Assembly: GCA_964492195.1 (NCBI GenBank)
Contig: CAZBJL010000002.1
Location: forward strand, 25,472 to 89,471
Length of the DNA stretch: 64,000 nt
From: an uncultured Candidatus Saccharibacteria bacterium
GTDB lineage: Bacteria; Patescibacteriota; Minisyncoccia; Phycocordibacterales; DATGWK01
Direction: 5' to 3'
Part shown: piece after piece, positions 28,430 through 36,330 of the stretch
How the letters are laid out: the number at the start of each line of letters is the position of its first letter
Position numbering within the stretch: the first letter of the stretch is position 1
Made by a program: the position numbers and the translations under genes
The notes under the pieces: generated by a model
The model's database searches: none
Seen by the model: only the letters and a program-made list of their open reading frames with translations
Told to the model about the DNA's origin: nothing

Positions 28430-28891
28430 TCAAAAACCAAGATGTTCCATGATGAGCTCGAGAAGTGGCTCGCTTTGCTCGTATTCTGTTATTTTGGTTT
28501 TGAGGAATACACGAAGCTCTTCTTTCTCAATTTCTGAAAGACCGTCGACAGGAATAATGACGTGCGGCATGAAAAATCGCTTTGTTTTGATGAGAAGGCG
28601 AGGGTGTTCGTGGTGTTCGAGCCAAAAAGATTCAAGGTTTGCGTACGAAAAAAGATATTTGCTGATTTTAATTCCGGCGTCACTGATTTCAATATCGTTT
28701 TCGTCTGGCAAACGAGCGGCGTACATCAAAAGAGAGAAGGAGGCGAGGAGAATAAGGATCGCAAGGAGAATGTTGCCAAAAATTATCGCTGTGGCTGCTG
28801 ATGCAATCGTAATGATGCCGACAGTCCAGTACCAATCAGCACTTTTATGTCGATGATGATACTCGACAGCTTTAAAACGGAACGAAGTCAT
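28430..28891 (-). CDS. Conserved two-TM membrane protein
   Basis: 'EYHHRHKSADWYW' followed by two TM helices and a PH-like soluble domain. Confidence 0.65.
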   Translation of the reverse strand: MTSFRFKAVEYHHRHKSADWYWTVGIITIASAATAIIFGNILLAILILLASFSLLMYAARLPDENDIEISDAGIKISKYLFSYANLESFWLEHHEHPRLLIKTKRFFMPHVIIPVDGLSEIEKEELRVFLKTKITEYEQSEPLLELIMEHLGF

Positions 28892-28954
28892 TCGTAAATT
28901 GTAGCACACGAGAAAAAAGCGAAAGATGTCTCACTAACACACCGTACGATTTAA

Positions 28955-29356
28955 TTATTTTGCGTTCTTGTCTGCCTGATGAATGCCAAATGTATTGCCT
29001 TCGGTGTCGAGGAAATATCCTTGCCACGCCATACCGACGAGAGCAAACTTCGGCATCGCAACGATACCGCCATTTTCCAAAATCTTTTTTGCTGTTTCGT
29101 CGTAATTATCAACCTGCATGGTGCAGACAAATGCATTCGTACCACATTCTTTTTCGGCGGTTTTTGCGGGACGTTGGAGCATACCGCCGTTAATTCCTAA
29201 TTCCTTGCTGTCTTTGTCTGCGGTCATAATCATCCAGTATTCTGTTCCTGGGTTTTCCCATTTTTGAAAATTCCAATCAAAGGCGTTCTTGTAGAAATTA
29301 ATCGCGCGTTCCGGGTTGTCTACTTGAATTTCAAAATGTACTGGTCTGTTGCTCAT
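28955..29356 (-). CDS. VOC/glyoxalase family protein
   Basis: 'PVHFEI..DNPERA..FY..F.W', 'INGG', 'YFLDTEGN.FG'. Confidence 0.92.
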   Translation of the reverse strand: MSNRPVHFEIQVDNPERAINFYKNAFDWNFQKWENPGTEYWMIMTADKDSKELGINGGMLQRPAKTAEKECGTNAFVCTMQVDNYDETAKKILENGGIVAMPKFALVGMAWQGYFLDTEGNTFGIHQADKNAK

Positions 29357-29474
29357 GATTTTAAATTTAAGAATAATCTTGCCTGCATTATAGTCTACCT
29401 TCTGAAATAACATCAAATGTTTGAAAAAGCATAACGTTGTATTTTTTTATTTTAAATTTATCTATAATGAATAC

Positions 29475-29939
29475 ATGTCACTACAAACATTTGAAAGAGC
29501 ATTTGATATTCGACTCATTCATTTTTTCCGAAGAATTTTTATTCCTGTCGCTCGGTTTGCATTATTCGCGGTTTTTTTCTGGTTCGGACTTTTGAAAGTG
29601 CTTGGACTAAGCCCGGCAAGTGGGCTCGTCCAGCGTTTGTTTGAACAGACTATCCCATTTATGTCGTTCGGTACGTTTCTTATTTTGTTCGGGCTCTTTG
29701 AATGTATTATAGGCGTTCTGTTTCTTATACGAGGAGCGGAACGGATCGTCATTCCACTTCTTTTTGTTCATATGATCACAACGTTTGGTCCGCTCTTTTT
29801 ATTGCCTGAAGAAACGTGGTCTGGGTTTTTGGTACCAACACTCGAAGGTCAGTACATCATTAAAAATCTTGTGATTATTGCGACAGGAATAGGTATTGCT
29901 TCCCATATGCATCCGATGCATATCAGCACGAAAAGGTAA
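29475..29939 (+). CDS. DoxX/YkgB-like membrane protein
   Basis: 'VFFWFGLLK...SPA', 'G.FE..IG', 'EGQYIIKN'. Confidence 0.8.
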   Translation: MSLQTFERAFDIRLIHFFRRIFIPVARFALFAVFFWFGLLKVLGLSPASGLVQRLFEQTIPFMSFGTFLILFGLFECIIGVLFLIRGAERIVIPLLFVHMITTFGPLFLLPEETWSGFLVPTLEGQYIIKNLVIIATGIGIASHMHPMHISTKR

Positions 29940-30000
29940 GTTCTTAATTTTTATAAAAGAAAAGGCCCGAACTTTTTGTTCGAGCCAATGTTGTGTGAGG

Positions 30001-30267
30001 TTATTCGCCCACGTAAGCAGCGGTGAGGCCGCTTTTGTCGCGAACAAAATCCTCAGCTTCTTTTTCGTGAAAGGTGGCCCAGCGTCTGACCGCCATATCA
30101 AATTCTCCTCGTTTTGTGCTGTCCTCCGTGAGCTCCATGCATTGTTCGGGTTTGAGGTTCGCGATTTTCTTGACACCTTCGACCAAGCTTGCTGGCCAGT
30201 GGGATGGGTTGGTTGCAAGCAAGTGGGGAATGAGCATTCCTTGTCGGTCTGTGTAATCACGAGGCAT
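30001..30267 (-). CDS. ORFan hypothetical protein
   Basis: SD AAGGAG; overlaps the upstream ORF; hairpin plus T-tract at ~29956-29988. Confidence 0.5.
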   Translation of the reverse strand: MPRDYTDRQGMLIPHLLATNPSHWPASLVEGVKKIANLKPEQCMELTEDSTKRGEFDMAVRRWATFHEKEAEDFVRDKSGLTAAYVGE

Positions 30268-30448
30268 TGGTAACTCCTTCTGTGGTTTTCAGGTGTGCGG
30301 CGGCTTTTTCGACCACCGTGCGAGTGATCCGGGGATTTTCTATGGCCGTATTGCCATACGCAAAACTCTGCCGTTGTTCTTCCATCTCGGTCGGGGTCAT
30401 TACGTGCCCTCGAGCCTTTGCAACAAGCATGTCTAATCTGGTCTCCAC
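30257..30448 (-). CDS. Small helical protein resembling Fic antitoxins (VbhA-like)
   Basis: SD AAGGAGGT before GTG 30448; 'EQRQSFAYGNTAIENPRITR'. Confidence 0.5.
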   Translation of the reverse strand: METRLDMLVAKARGHVMTPTEMEEQRQSFAYGNTAIENPRITRTVVEKAAAHLKTTEGVTNAS

Positions 30449-30612
30449 AACTACCTCCTTTTTAAAAGATTCCATATTCAATAGTAAAGATTTGTGAAAA
30501 AATGACAAGAAAATACCGACCTTGTCGGTATTTTTATGTTAACAGGGGATTGTTGATGTTGTTAAAACTTATTATCTGAATAATGCAAAGGCGGAAACTG
30601 TGGTACGGGAAA

Positions 30613-30987
30613 TTATCCCTGAACCAAAACTTTAAAACCACCATATGCCATCTTTTTCATATCAAAGGGCATTTCCATCTTCTTGCTGTCTGCATCCTGT
30701 GTTTTCATATTTTTCATTACTTTTGCGTTTACTTGATCTCGATGAGCGCGAGACTTGAACGTAATGAAAGAAAAGAATACGACCTCATTTTTCTTCGCTT
30801 TCGTTAATTGGGGAAAGGGAAGCGCCCACTTGGCACTCATATCGTCGGCGATACATTCTTTGTAGTCTAATGCACCATATTCTTTCCACATGCGAGCGCC
30901 CTCAAGGGCCATTTTTTTATACACTGCGAGTTTGCTTTTCGGAACTACGAGTACAAAACCATCTACGTATTTTTCTTGTGTAGTCAT
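30613..30987 (-). CDS. DUF1428 (YbaA-like) protein
   Basis: 'YVDGFVLVVP....YKKMA', 'VFFSFI.FKSRAHRD.VNAKVM', 'MPFD.K.M.YGGF'. Confidence 0.92.
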   Translation of the reverse strand: MTTQEKYVDGFVLVVPKSKLAVYKKMALEGARMWKEYGALDYKECIADDMSAKWALPFPQLTKAKKNEVVFFSFITFKSRAHRDQVNAKVMKNMKTQDADSKKMEMPFDMKKMAYGGFKVLVQG

Positions 30988-31031
30988 GTGTGTATCTGAT
31001 TAGTAATGATTAATTATACCCATTGCCAGAA

Positions 31032-31062
31032 TTAAAATAGCCCGGAAAACCGGCTATTTTAA
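31032..31062. terminator. Hairpin terminator directly behind a tRNA-Ser 3'-end copy
   Basis: TTAAAATAGCC-CGGAAAACC-GGCTATTTTAA. Confidence 0.75.
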
Positions 31063-31064
31063 AT

Positions 31065-31112
31065 TGGCGGAGGACCGTTGAGGCCGTTAGAACTCATTGG
31101 TATACTTCCTAG
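31065..31112. mobile_element. att-like relic: tRNA-Ser 3' end + CCA on the minus strand; recombinase-tail-like peptide on the plus strand
   Basis: Minus strand TCCTCCG-CCA; plus strand WRRTVEAVRTHWYTS*; shares GCGGAGGA with 40889-40896. Confidence 0.6.
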
Positions 31113-31113
31113 C

Positions 31114-32373
31114 ATGTTCACATATCTTATTTTTGAAATATTGTCAGGGGTTTTTGGAGTCATTGCCCTTATTGTCTTAGTTATCCATTTAATAAAAAAA
31201 CCTGCAATTCGCGATATTGTAAAAAAACCCGGCATTTACGTCCCTTTCGTTTTGTTCGTGATCGCTCTTTTCACCGGCCTTATCTCCAACCGCACATACG
31301 CACCAGATTTTGCCATGCCGGCGTTCATGCACTCTCATGCTCCTGGCGGTTTACCACCGTCGATTCCTTTTTCTAAAATTTTTGATTTCTTTCAGCACGG
31401 AAAAGATTTTGCGAGGGTCGCTGATATTGGCGCCGATCCAAACGCCGTTCCGAGTGAACCGCAACAGTCAGACGTCGATGGAATTGTGAGAATAAAATTA
31501 CGAGCGCAAGAAGTGATTTCAGAAATTGCCCCAGGAATATATTTTAATTATTGGACGTACAACAATCAGGTTCCAGGACCGATGCTTCGGGTACGTGAGG
31601 GTGACACTGTTGAGGTCGAACTCACCAATGACTCAACAAGCCTGCATGATCATAATATTGACCTGCATGCGGTTACTGGTCCCGGTGGGGGCGCAACCCT
31701 TACTCACGTCGCGCCGGGGGAAACCAAGACTTTCCGGTTTAAGGCGCTCAATCCTGGTTTGTACATTTATCACTGTGCAATGCCAAACGTCAGCACCCAC
31801 AATTCACATGGGCAGTATGGGCTAATCATGGTGGATCCGTTGGATCCAACTTTAGCGCTGTCTCCGGTCGATAAAGAGTTTTATGTTTCCCAGGGTGAGC
31901 TTTATACCGAAGGTCAGCTCGGCAAAAAAGGACTTGTGCCCTTCGATAGCAATGCTTTGCTTGCGGGTGTGCCAAACTACGTCGTGTTTAATGGAAAGGT
32001 CGAAGGTGTGCCAAGAATGCAGGCAAAAGTAGGGGATAAGATAAGAATGTATGTCGGCAACGGCGGGGTGAATTTAATTTCTTCATTTCACGTCATCGGA
32101 GAAATTTTTGACACGGTGTATCCAAATGCAAGTATCGGCGGAGCGCTTGAGCACAATACTCAGGCGACAGGTGTGCTTCCTGGCGGGGCTGCTATTGTTG
32201 AGTTCACCACAGACGTGCCAGGTAAGTATTTGTTGGTTGACCACGCGCTTGCGAGAATGAACAAGGGCGCCTGGGCGGTGCTCGAGGTGTCTGGTCCGGA
32301 AAATCCAGAGATTTTTAGTCAGGTGAACGGCGGGTCTAAAGACGCCCACGTCGGAAGTATGGAGGCGAACTAG
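31114..32373 (+). CDS. nirK: Copper-containing nitrite reductase with N-terminal membrane anchor
   Basis: 'VPGPMLRVREGD', 'HNIDLH', 'YHC...H..HGQYG', 'SSFHVIGEIFD', 'LVDH'; two N-terminal TM helices. Confidence 0.88.
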   Translation: MFTYLIFEILSGVFGVIALIVLVIHLIKKPAIRDIVKKPGIYVPFVLFVIALFTGLISNRTYAPDFAMPAFMHSHAPGGLPPSIPFSKIFDFFQHGKDFARVADIGADPNAVPSEPQQSDVDGIVRIKLRAQEVISEIAPGIYFNYWTYNNQVPGPMLRVREGDTVEVELTNDSTSLHDHNIDLHAVTGPGGGATLTHVAPGETKTFRFKALNPGLYIYHCAMPNVSTHNSHGQYGLIMVDPLDPTLALSPVDKEFYVSQGELYTEGQLGKKGLVPFDSNALLAGVPNYVVFNGKVEGVPRMQAKVGDKIRMYVGNGGVNLISSFHVIGEIFDTVYPNASIGGALEHNTQATGVLPGGAAIVEFTTDVPGKYLLVDHALARMNKGAWAVLEVSGPENPEIFSQVNGGSKDAHVGSMEAN

Positions 32374-32377
32374 TTAT

Positions 32378-32404
32378 AAAAAGAGCGACCGTCGTCGCTC
32401 TTTT
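32378..32404. terminator. Bidirectional intrinsic terminator at the element boundary
   Basis: AAAAGAGCGAC-CGTC-GTCGCTCTTTT. Confidence 0.85.
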
Positions 32405-32408
32405 AAAT

Positions 32409-32522
32409 GTGCGGGAGTGGTTAGATGCGTTTAGAACTGTTAATTGGAAGGAAATAAGGCATGAACTCCAGTTTAGTGGAATTTTGGGTTTTATACCATT
32501 ACTCCCAGATGTCGCAGTCTAA
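32409..32522 (+). other. Detached 3' segment of the serine recombinase gene
   Basis: (V)REWLDAFRTVNWKEIRHELQFSGILGFIPLLPDVAV*; in frame with the recombinase across the TGCGG core. Confidence 0.65.
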
Positions 32523-32582
32523 TTTTCCGAAGCAGGGACTTTTCTTTTATTCTAGAAGTTAAATCCAAAAAAATGTAAGCTG

Positions 32583-33320
32583 TTGCCTATGCTAGCTTTT
32601 ATCGACGAAACCGGAGACCACAACTTAACTGTAATTGATACACAGTATCCTATATTTGGACTCGGAGTCCTTCTGATTTCTGAAAATGAATATTTGAAAA
32701 TGGATGCTGAAGTAAATTCTCTCAAAAAAAAGTTTTTTGCAGACGACGGAACCTTTATTCTGCATTCATCAGAGCTCAAGCGACCAGTTGATAAAAGGTC
32801 AGATGAACGGAACCTTTGTATGTTAAAGCCAGAAACTCGTACCTTGTTCTATAACGAGTTTGATGAACGAATCATAAAATCCTTAGATTTCAAAATTGTC
32901 ACCTGTTTTATTTTGAAAAAAAGAATGGTTGATAGATACGTGTATCCGGTAGACCCGTACTATCTTTCGTATGAAAACTTGCTTAACAGAATTATAAGAC
33001 ACGGTGGTCAAATGAACACGATGTATGTAGAAAAAAGGGGGCCTGAGCTTGATACTGAGTTGTTGTCGGAACACGAAAGATTAACAAAAACAGGCATCCA
33101 CTCTTTCTCAGCCGAGTCTGTATCTACCAAAACCAGTCTTAACCTGGTGAGTAAAAATAAAAACATGAACGGATTACAGGTTATCGACCTCGTCCTTTCT
33201 TCTTTAACTCGCGCTGGGTTGGGGAAAAAAGACAAAATGATTGGCAATGACCTTAATCCTGAATTTCTTAAAATAAAATACGCTTGCCCTGCGACAGTTT
33301 TCCCCAAAAAACGCATGTGA
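32583..33320 (+). CDS. DUF3800 family (RNase H-like) protein
   Basis: N-terminal 'FIDETGD' and C-terminal 'GLQVIDL' (Q..D) motifs. Confidence 0.85.
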   Translation: MPMLAFIDETGDHNLTVIDTQYPIFGLGVLLISENEYLKMDAEVNSLKKKFFADDGTFILHSSELKRPVDKRSDERNLCMLKPETRTLFYNEFDERIIKSLDFKIVTCFILKKRMVDRYVYPVDPYYLSYENLLNRIIRHGGQMNTMYVEKRGPELDTELLSEHERLTKTGIHSFSAESVSTKTSLNLVSKNKNMNGLQVIDLVLSSLTRAGLGKKDKMIGNDLNPEFLKIKYACPATVFPKKRM

Positions 33321-33328
33321 TTTAGTAC

Positions 33329-33370
33329 AAAAGCAAAGGGACCCCCCGCTAGGCAGTGAGTCCCTTATGC
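33329..33370 (-). ncRNA. Candidate ~42-nt DUF3800-associated small hairpin RNA
   Basis: Minus-strand TTGAAA-17-TAGACT promoter (33405-33377) followed by GCATAAGGGACTC...GGGTCCCTTTGC-TTTT. Confidence 0.55.
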
Positions 33371-33533
33371 GCTCTCAGTCTACTCTATTTAGGGTCATTT
33401 TTCAACAAAAAAGACATTTCGAAACTGGGTATCAAAGCTTAGAAAATAAGTACCATTTCAAGTCTATTTTAAGCCATTTTCTACTGAGTTATTGCGAAGG
33501 AGGTTTTATTCTCACTGTAAACTAATGTAAGGT

Positions 33534-34733
33534 GTGGGAGAAAATATGACCGAGCGCAATAAACGAAAACAGGACTATTTACCGGAGGCAGATTTGTACA
33601 TACTCTGGCTTTTGTGCGATGCGAATAAAATGTTCAGAAAATCAAGAATAGTTTTCGGCGACCTCACAGCTCTTGGCTCAAGCGAAATGCTTTCGGTCGT
33701 TATCACCAAGAATCTTTCTCGTGCCTTCGGCTTTGAACTTAAAGATTTTGAACTCGTGCGAGGTAAGTACGCTTTCGATGGTTTTTGTGCTGACAAATAT
33801 GAGAAAAATAAAGAATTTTGCGAAAAGCATCCCGACAGCACAATGGCAAAAGCGTTAGCCAAAATACATGAAGGCGATTTTGATTTTGAAGATGTGGAGA
33901 AGGCGAATTTTCGTCTGAATGGATACTTGGAGTTCATTGAATTTTCTCCTCAGATTTCAAAAAAATCTAAAAAAACAATTTTGGACTTCATGTCGCGTTA
34001 CCTTACTGACTATGTGAACGACGGGCTCAGGCCAGAGAAAGAAAATTTCTACGAGTTCAACAAACAACTCCTTTTTACATACGGATTACTGAAGAAATAC
34101 ATCGACCAGTACGGGAATAGTTTTGTTTTTGAAATAGCCCAACTCACGGTGAAACCGAACGAGTTTCCCGAGCAAAAAGAAAGCCCTTACCTGCCGGTTC
34201 ACAACCTGCTTGCCCTGGAAGCAATGAAGTTTATCGAGATAGACCAGGTTTGGATTTCTGATTGGGAAGTGAATCCTGAAGAAGAGCGGGGTACTTACAA
34301 GGTACGAGTGAAAATAAATCAGGCAATGATTGATTTCTTTGGCGATTTTGACCCAAAAATCACTTACGATTTTGGTGAAAAAACGAAAGACGACTCTGCT
34401 GTAAAAACTGATGATGCTGATGCGAAACTAGAATTTGACGGTGTCACTAGAACGCTGTTTTTTGCCAACACGTCAATTCTTATCTCGAAGCAGTCAGAGA
34501 GTGACCCGTGCAAGCTAATGAAAACTCTTTTCAAGGATAAAAATAAGGTTTGGGCTAATGATGAAATATTGGAAGACTGGGGCTACTCTTTTGACGATGA
34601 AACATCGAAAAACAAGGTCTATCAGGCAGGCAAGGCCGTCAACCGGATTGTGGCTCAGGATACGAAAATAAAAGATTTCCTTGATGTTAGTACAAAATCA
34701 GTATCGATAAACAAAAAATATTTGAAGACCTAA
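33534..34733 (+). CDS. Hypothetical protein with C-terminal winged-helix (OmpR-like) domain
   Basis: C-terminal 'LMKTLF..K.KVW..DEILEDW...KVYQAGKAVNR.V'. Confidence 0.6.
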   Translation: MGENMTERNKRKQDYLPEADLYILWLLCDANKMFRKSRIVFGDLTALGSSEMLSVVITKNLSRAFGFELKDFELVRGKYAFDGFCADKYEKNKEFCEKHPDSTMAKALAKIHEGDFDFEDVEKANFRLNGYLEFIEFSPQISKKSKKTILDFMSRYLTDYVNDGLRPEKENFYEFNKQLLFTYGLLKKYIDQYGNSFVFEIAQLTVKPNEFPEQKESPYLPVHNLLALEAMKFIEIDQVWISDWEVNPEEERGTYKVRVKINQAMIDFFGDFDPKITYDFGEKTKDDSAVKTDDADAKLEFDGVTRTLFFANTSILISKQSESDPCKLMKTLFKDKNKVWANDEILEDWGYSFDDETSKNKVYQAGKAVNRIVAQDTKIKDFLDVSTKSVSINKKYLKT

Positions 34734-34736
34734 AAA

Positions 34737-34756
34737 GTTTACAAACTTTTGTAAAC
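34737..34756. promoter_or_regulatory. Perfect inverted repeat (candidate operator)
   Basis: GTTTACAAA-CT-TTTGTAAAC. Confidence 0.5.
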
Positions 34757-34799
34757 GAGCATACGAATAACCTGAGGGCACACCCTAACAGGTTTTTTT

Positions 34800-34976
34800 A
34801 TGTCCGACGAAAATATTATCAACGAAGAATCAAAACCGGACTGGTCGTTAAAAGAACTTGGCGAAACAGAGCGAAATAATTTACTCGGTTTTTTCGCTCT
34901 GGGTTTTAAGGTCGATAGAAGGGTAAATCCACATTTGTACAAAAAAACAGATGAGCGCTACGGAAGCTTAGAGTAA
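34800..34976 (+). CDS. 58-aa protein upstream of rep (not in ORF track)
   Basis: MSDENIINEESKPDWSLKELGETERNNLLGFFALGFKVDRRVNPHLYKKTDERYGSLE; stop 8 nt before the rep ATG. Confidence 0.6.
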   Translation: MSDENIINEESKPDWSLKELGETERNNLLGFFALGFKVDRRVNPHLYKKTDERYGSLE

Positions 34977-34984
34977 AAATAGCC

Positions 34985-36100
34985 ATGTTGGACACTGTCG
35001 TTCTAAACGTGCCGAGAGGGTCGTATAAGCTCAGACCCGAAGCGTTTACGCCAAACGCAATCATTCTCAGGATGTCTGGGAATTATCTAGTGAAGTGCGT
35101 CAATAATCCGAGTGCCGCCGACAAGAAAGCCGGAATCTATAGGCCACGTTTGACCTTAATGAAAAGGATGACACGAAACGGTAGCGAAATACCGCTTAAA
35201 ATCGAGTTCTCTGTGGCAAAGATGCTTTATGGAAATAATGTTGACGAGGTGGAAGAAATCGACTTTGAAAAAGTTATTTCGGCACTACATGAAGCAATGA
35301 TTGAAATGCAGGTCTATGTGTCGCACGAGAATTTAAGAAATGCCAAAGTGTCGGCTTTTCATCCGTCAAAAAACGTTAGGCTTACAGACGGGTACACTTC
35401 AAGCTTCGTGATTACTGAACTCCGTAAGGTTGATGTCAGTAAGAAAATGGACATTAACCGTGACAGCTTCAGGAATAGTGGACATTCGCTCCAGTTCTAC
35501 ACAAACTCCCATTCGCTTGTTGTGTACGACAAAGTTTACGACCTTAAAAAACCCGAGAAACGAGCTATGGATAAAAACCAGAACTCACTTCAACTTTCTC
35601 TCTTCGACACACTAACGAAGAAGAAAAAGACAGAGGTCTTGCGTATTGAAGCTCGACTCGCAAAAAAAGTTAAAATGAATGCGATTTTGAGAGGGCTGGG
35701 ACTCAAGGAAAATCCAACTTTTGCAGATGTTTTTAAGAAGAATGTTTGTCAGAAAATACTTCTCAATTACTGGGATGAAATCATTGTGGGTAAAAATCTT
35801 TTCTTGTTCGATGTTGAGAGCAATCCGAAGAAAACCCTTGATTCCATTTTCAAAAATAAGCCCAAAATAAAACCAAAAGACGCTCTGTACCTCGTGGGTC
35901 TCAGGGTTCTCAGTAAGGGTGGAATCAGAGACACGAGGTCGGTTGTCGAGCGGTATTCGACACCTCGAACTTGGTATCGGATAGCAAAAGATTTGAAGTT
36001 TCTCGACGACATTTCAAGTAAGACCTACCACGGTTGGGTAAGACAAATAAAAGATGCGCTCGATGATTTCGTACCATTCCGAATATCCACGGCCGAATGA
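34985..36100 (+). CDS. Rolling-circle replication initiator (Rep_trans / phage gpII-X-like)
   Basis: 'MLDTVVL', 'IEFSVAK..YGNN', 'VYDK', 'LRIEARL'. Confidence 0.7.
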   Translation: MLDTVVLNVPRGSYKLRPEAFTPNAIILRMSGNYLVKCVNNPSAADKKAGIYRPRLTLMKRMTRNGSEIPLKIEFSVAKMLYGNNVDEVEEIDFEKVISALHEAMIEMQVYVSHENLRNAKVSAFHPSKNVRLTDGYTSSFVITELRKVDVSKKMDINRDSFRNSGHSLQFYTNSHSLVVYDKVYDLKKPEKRAMDKNQNSLQLSLFDTLTKKKKTEVLRIEARLAKKVKMNAILRGLGLKENPTFADVFKKNVCQKILLNYWDEIIVGKNLFLFDVESNPKKTLDSIFKNKPKIKPKDALYLVGLRVLSKGGIRDTRSVVERYSTPRTWYRIAKDLKFLDDISSKTYHGWVRQIKDALDDFVPFRISTAE

Positions 36101-36152
36101 TTGGCTTGTAAAGAATTGTAAAGTATAATTATTGACATCAAAACATAAAACC

Positions 36153-36329
36153 ATGAAAGAAAAAGACTTTTACACAGCAAAAGATTTAGCGGAAAAACTG
36201 GGACTGAACGTGATGACCATTTATCGTTACATCGACTCCAAGAAACTTGGAGCATATAAAATCGGCAAGGAATATCGGATAGAGAAAGTCGAGTTTGAGG
36301 CGTTTTTGAAAAAGGTAAGCACTAAATAA
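36153..36329 (+). CDS. Excisionase-like HTH protein (HTH_17/MerR-like)
   Basis: 'FYTAKDLAEKLGLNVMTIYRYI...LGAYKIGKEYRI'. Confidence 0.88.
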   Translation: MKEKDFYTAKDLAEKLGLNVMTIYRYIDSKKLGAYKIGKEYRIEKVEFEAFLKKVSTK

Positions 36330-36330
36330 A

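Noticed and set aside
12810-30535. Integron (attC) explanation for the ORFan cassettes
   Set aside because: Flanking hairpins are ordinary terminators without RYYYAAC/GTTRRRY ends, the cassettes are dispersed, and no IntI is present
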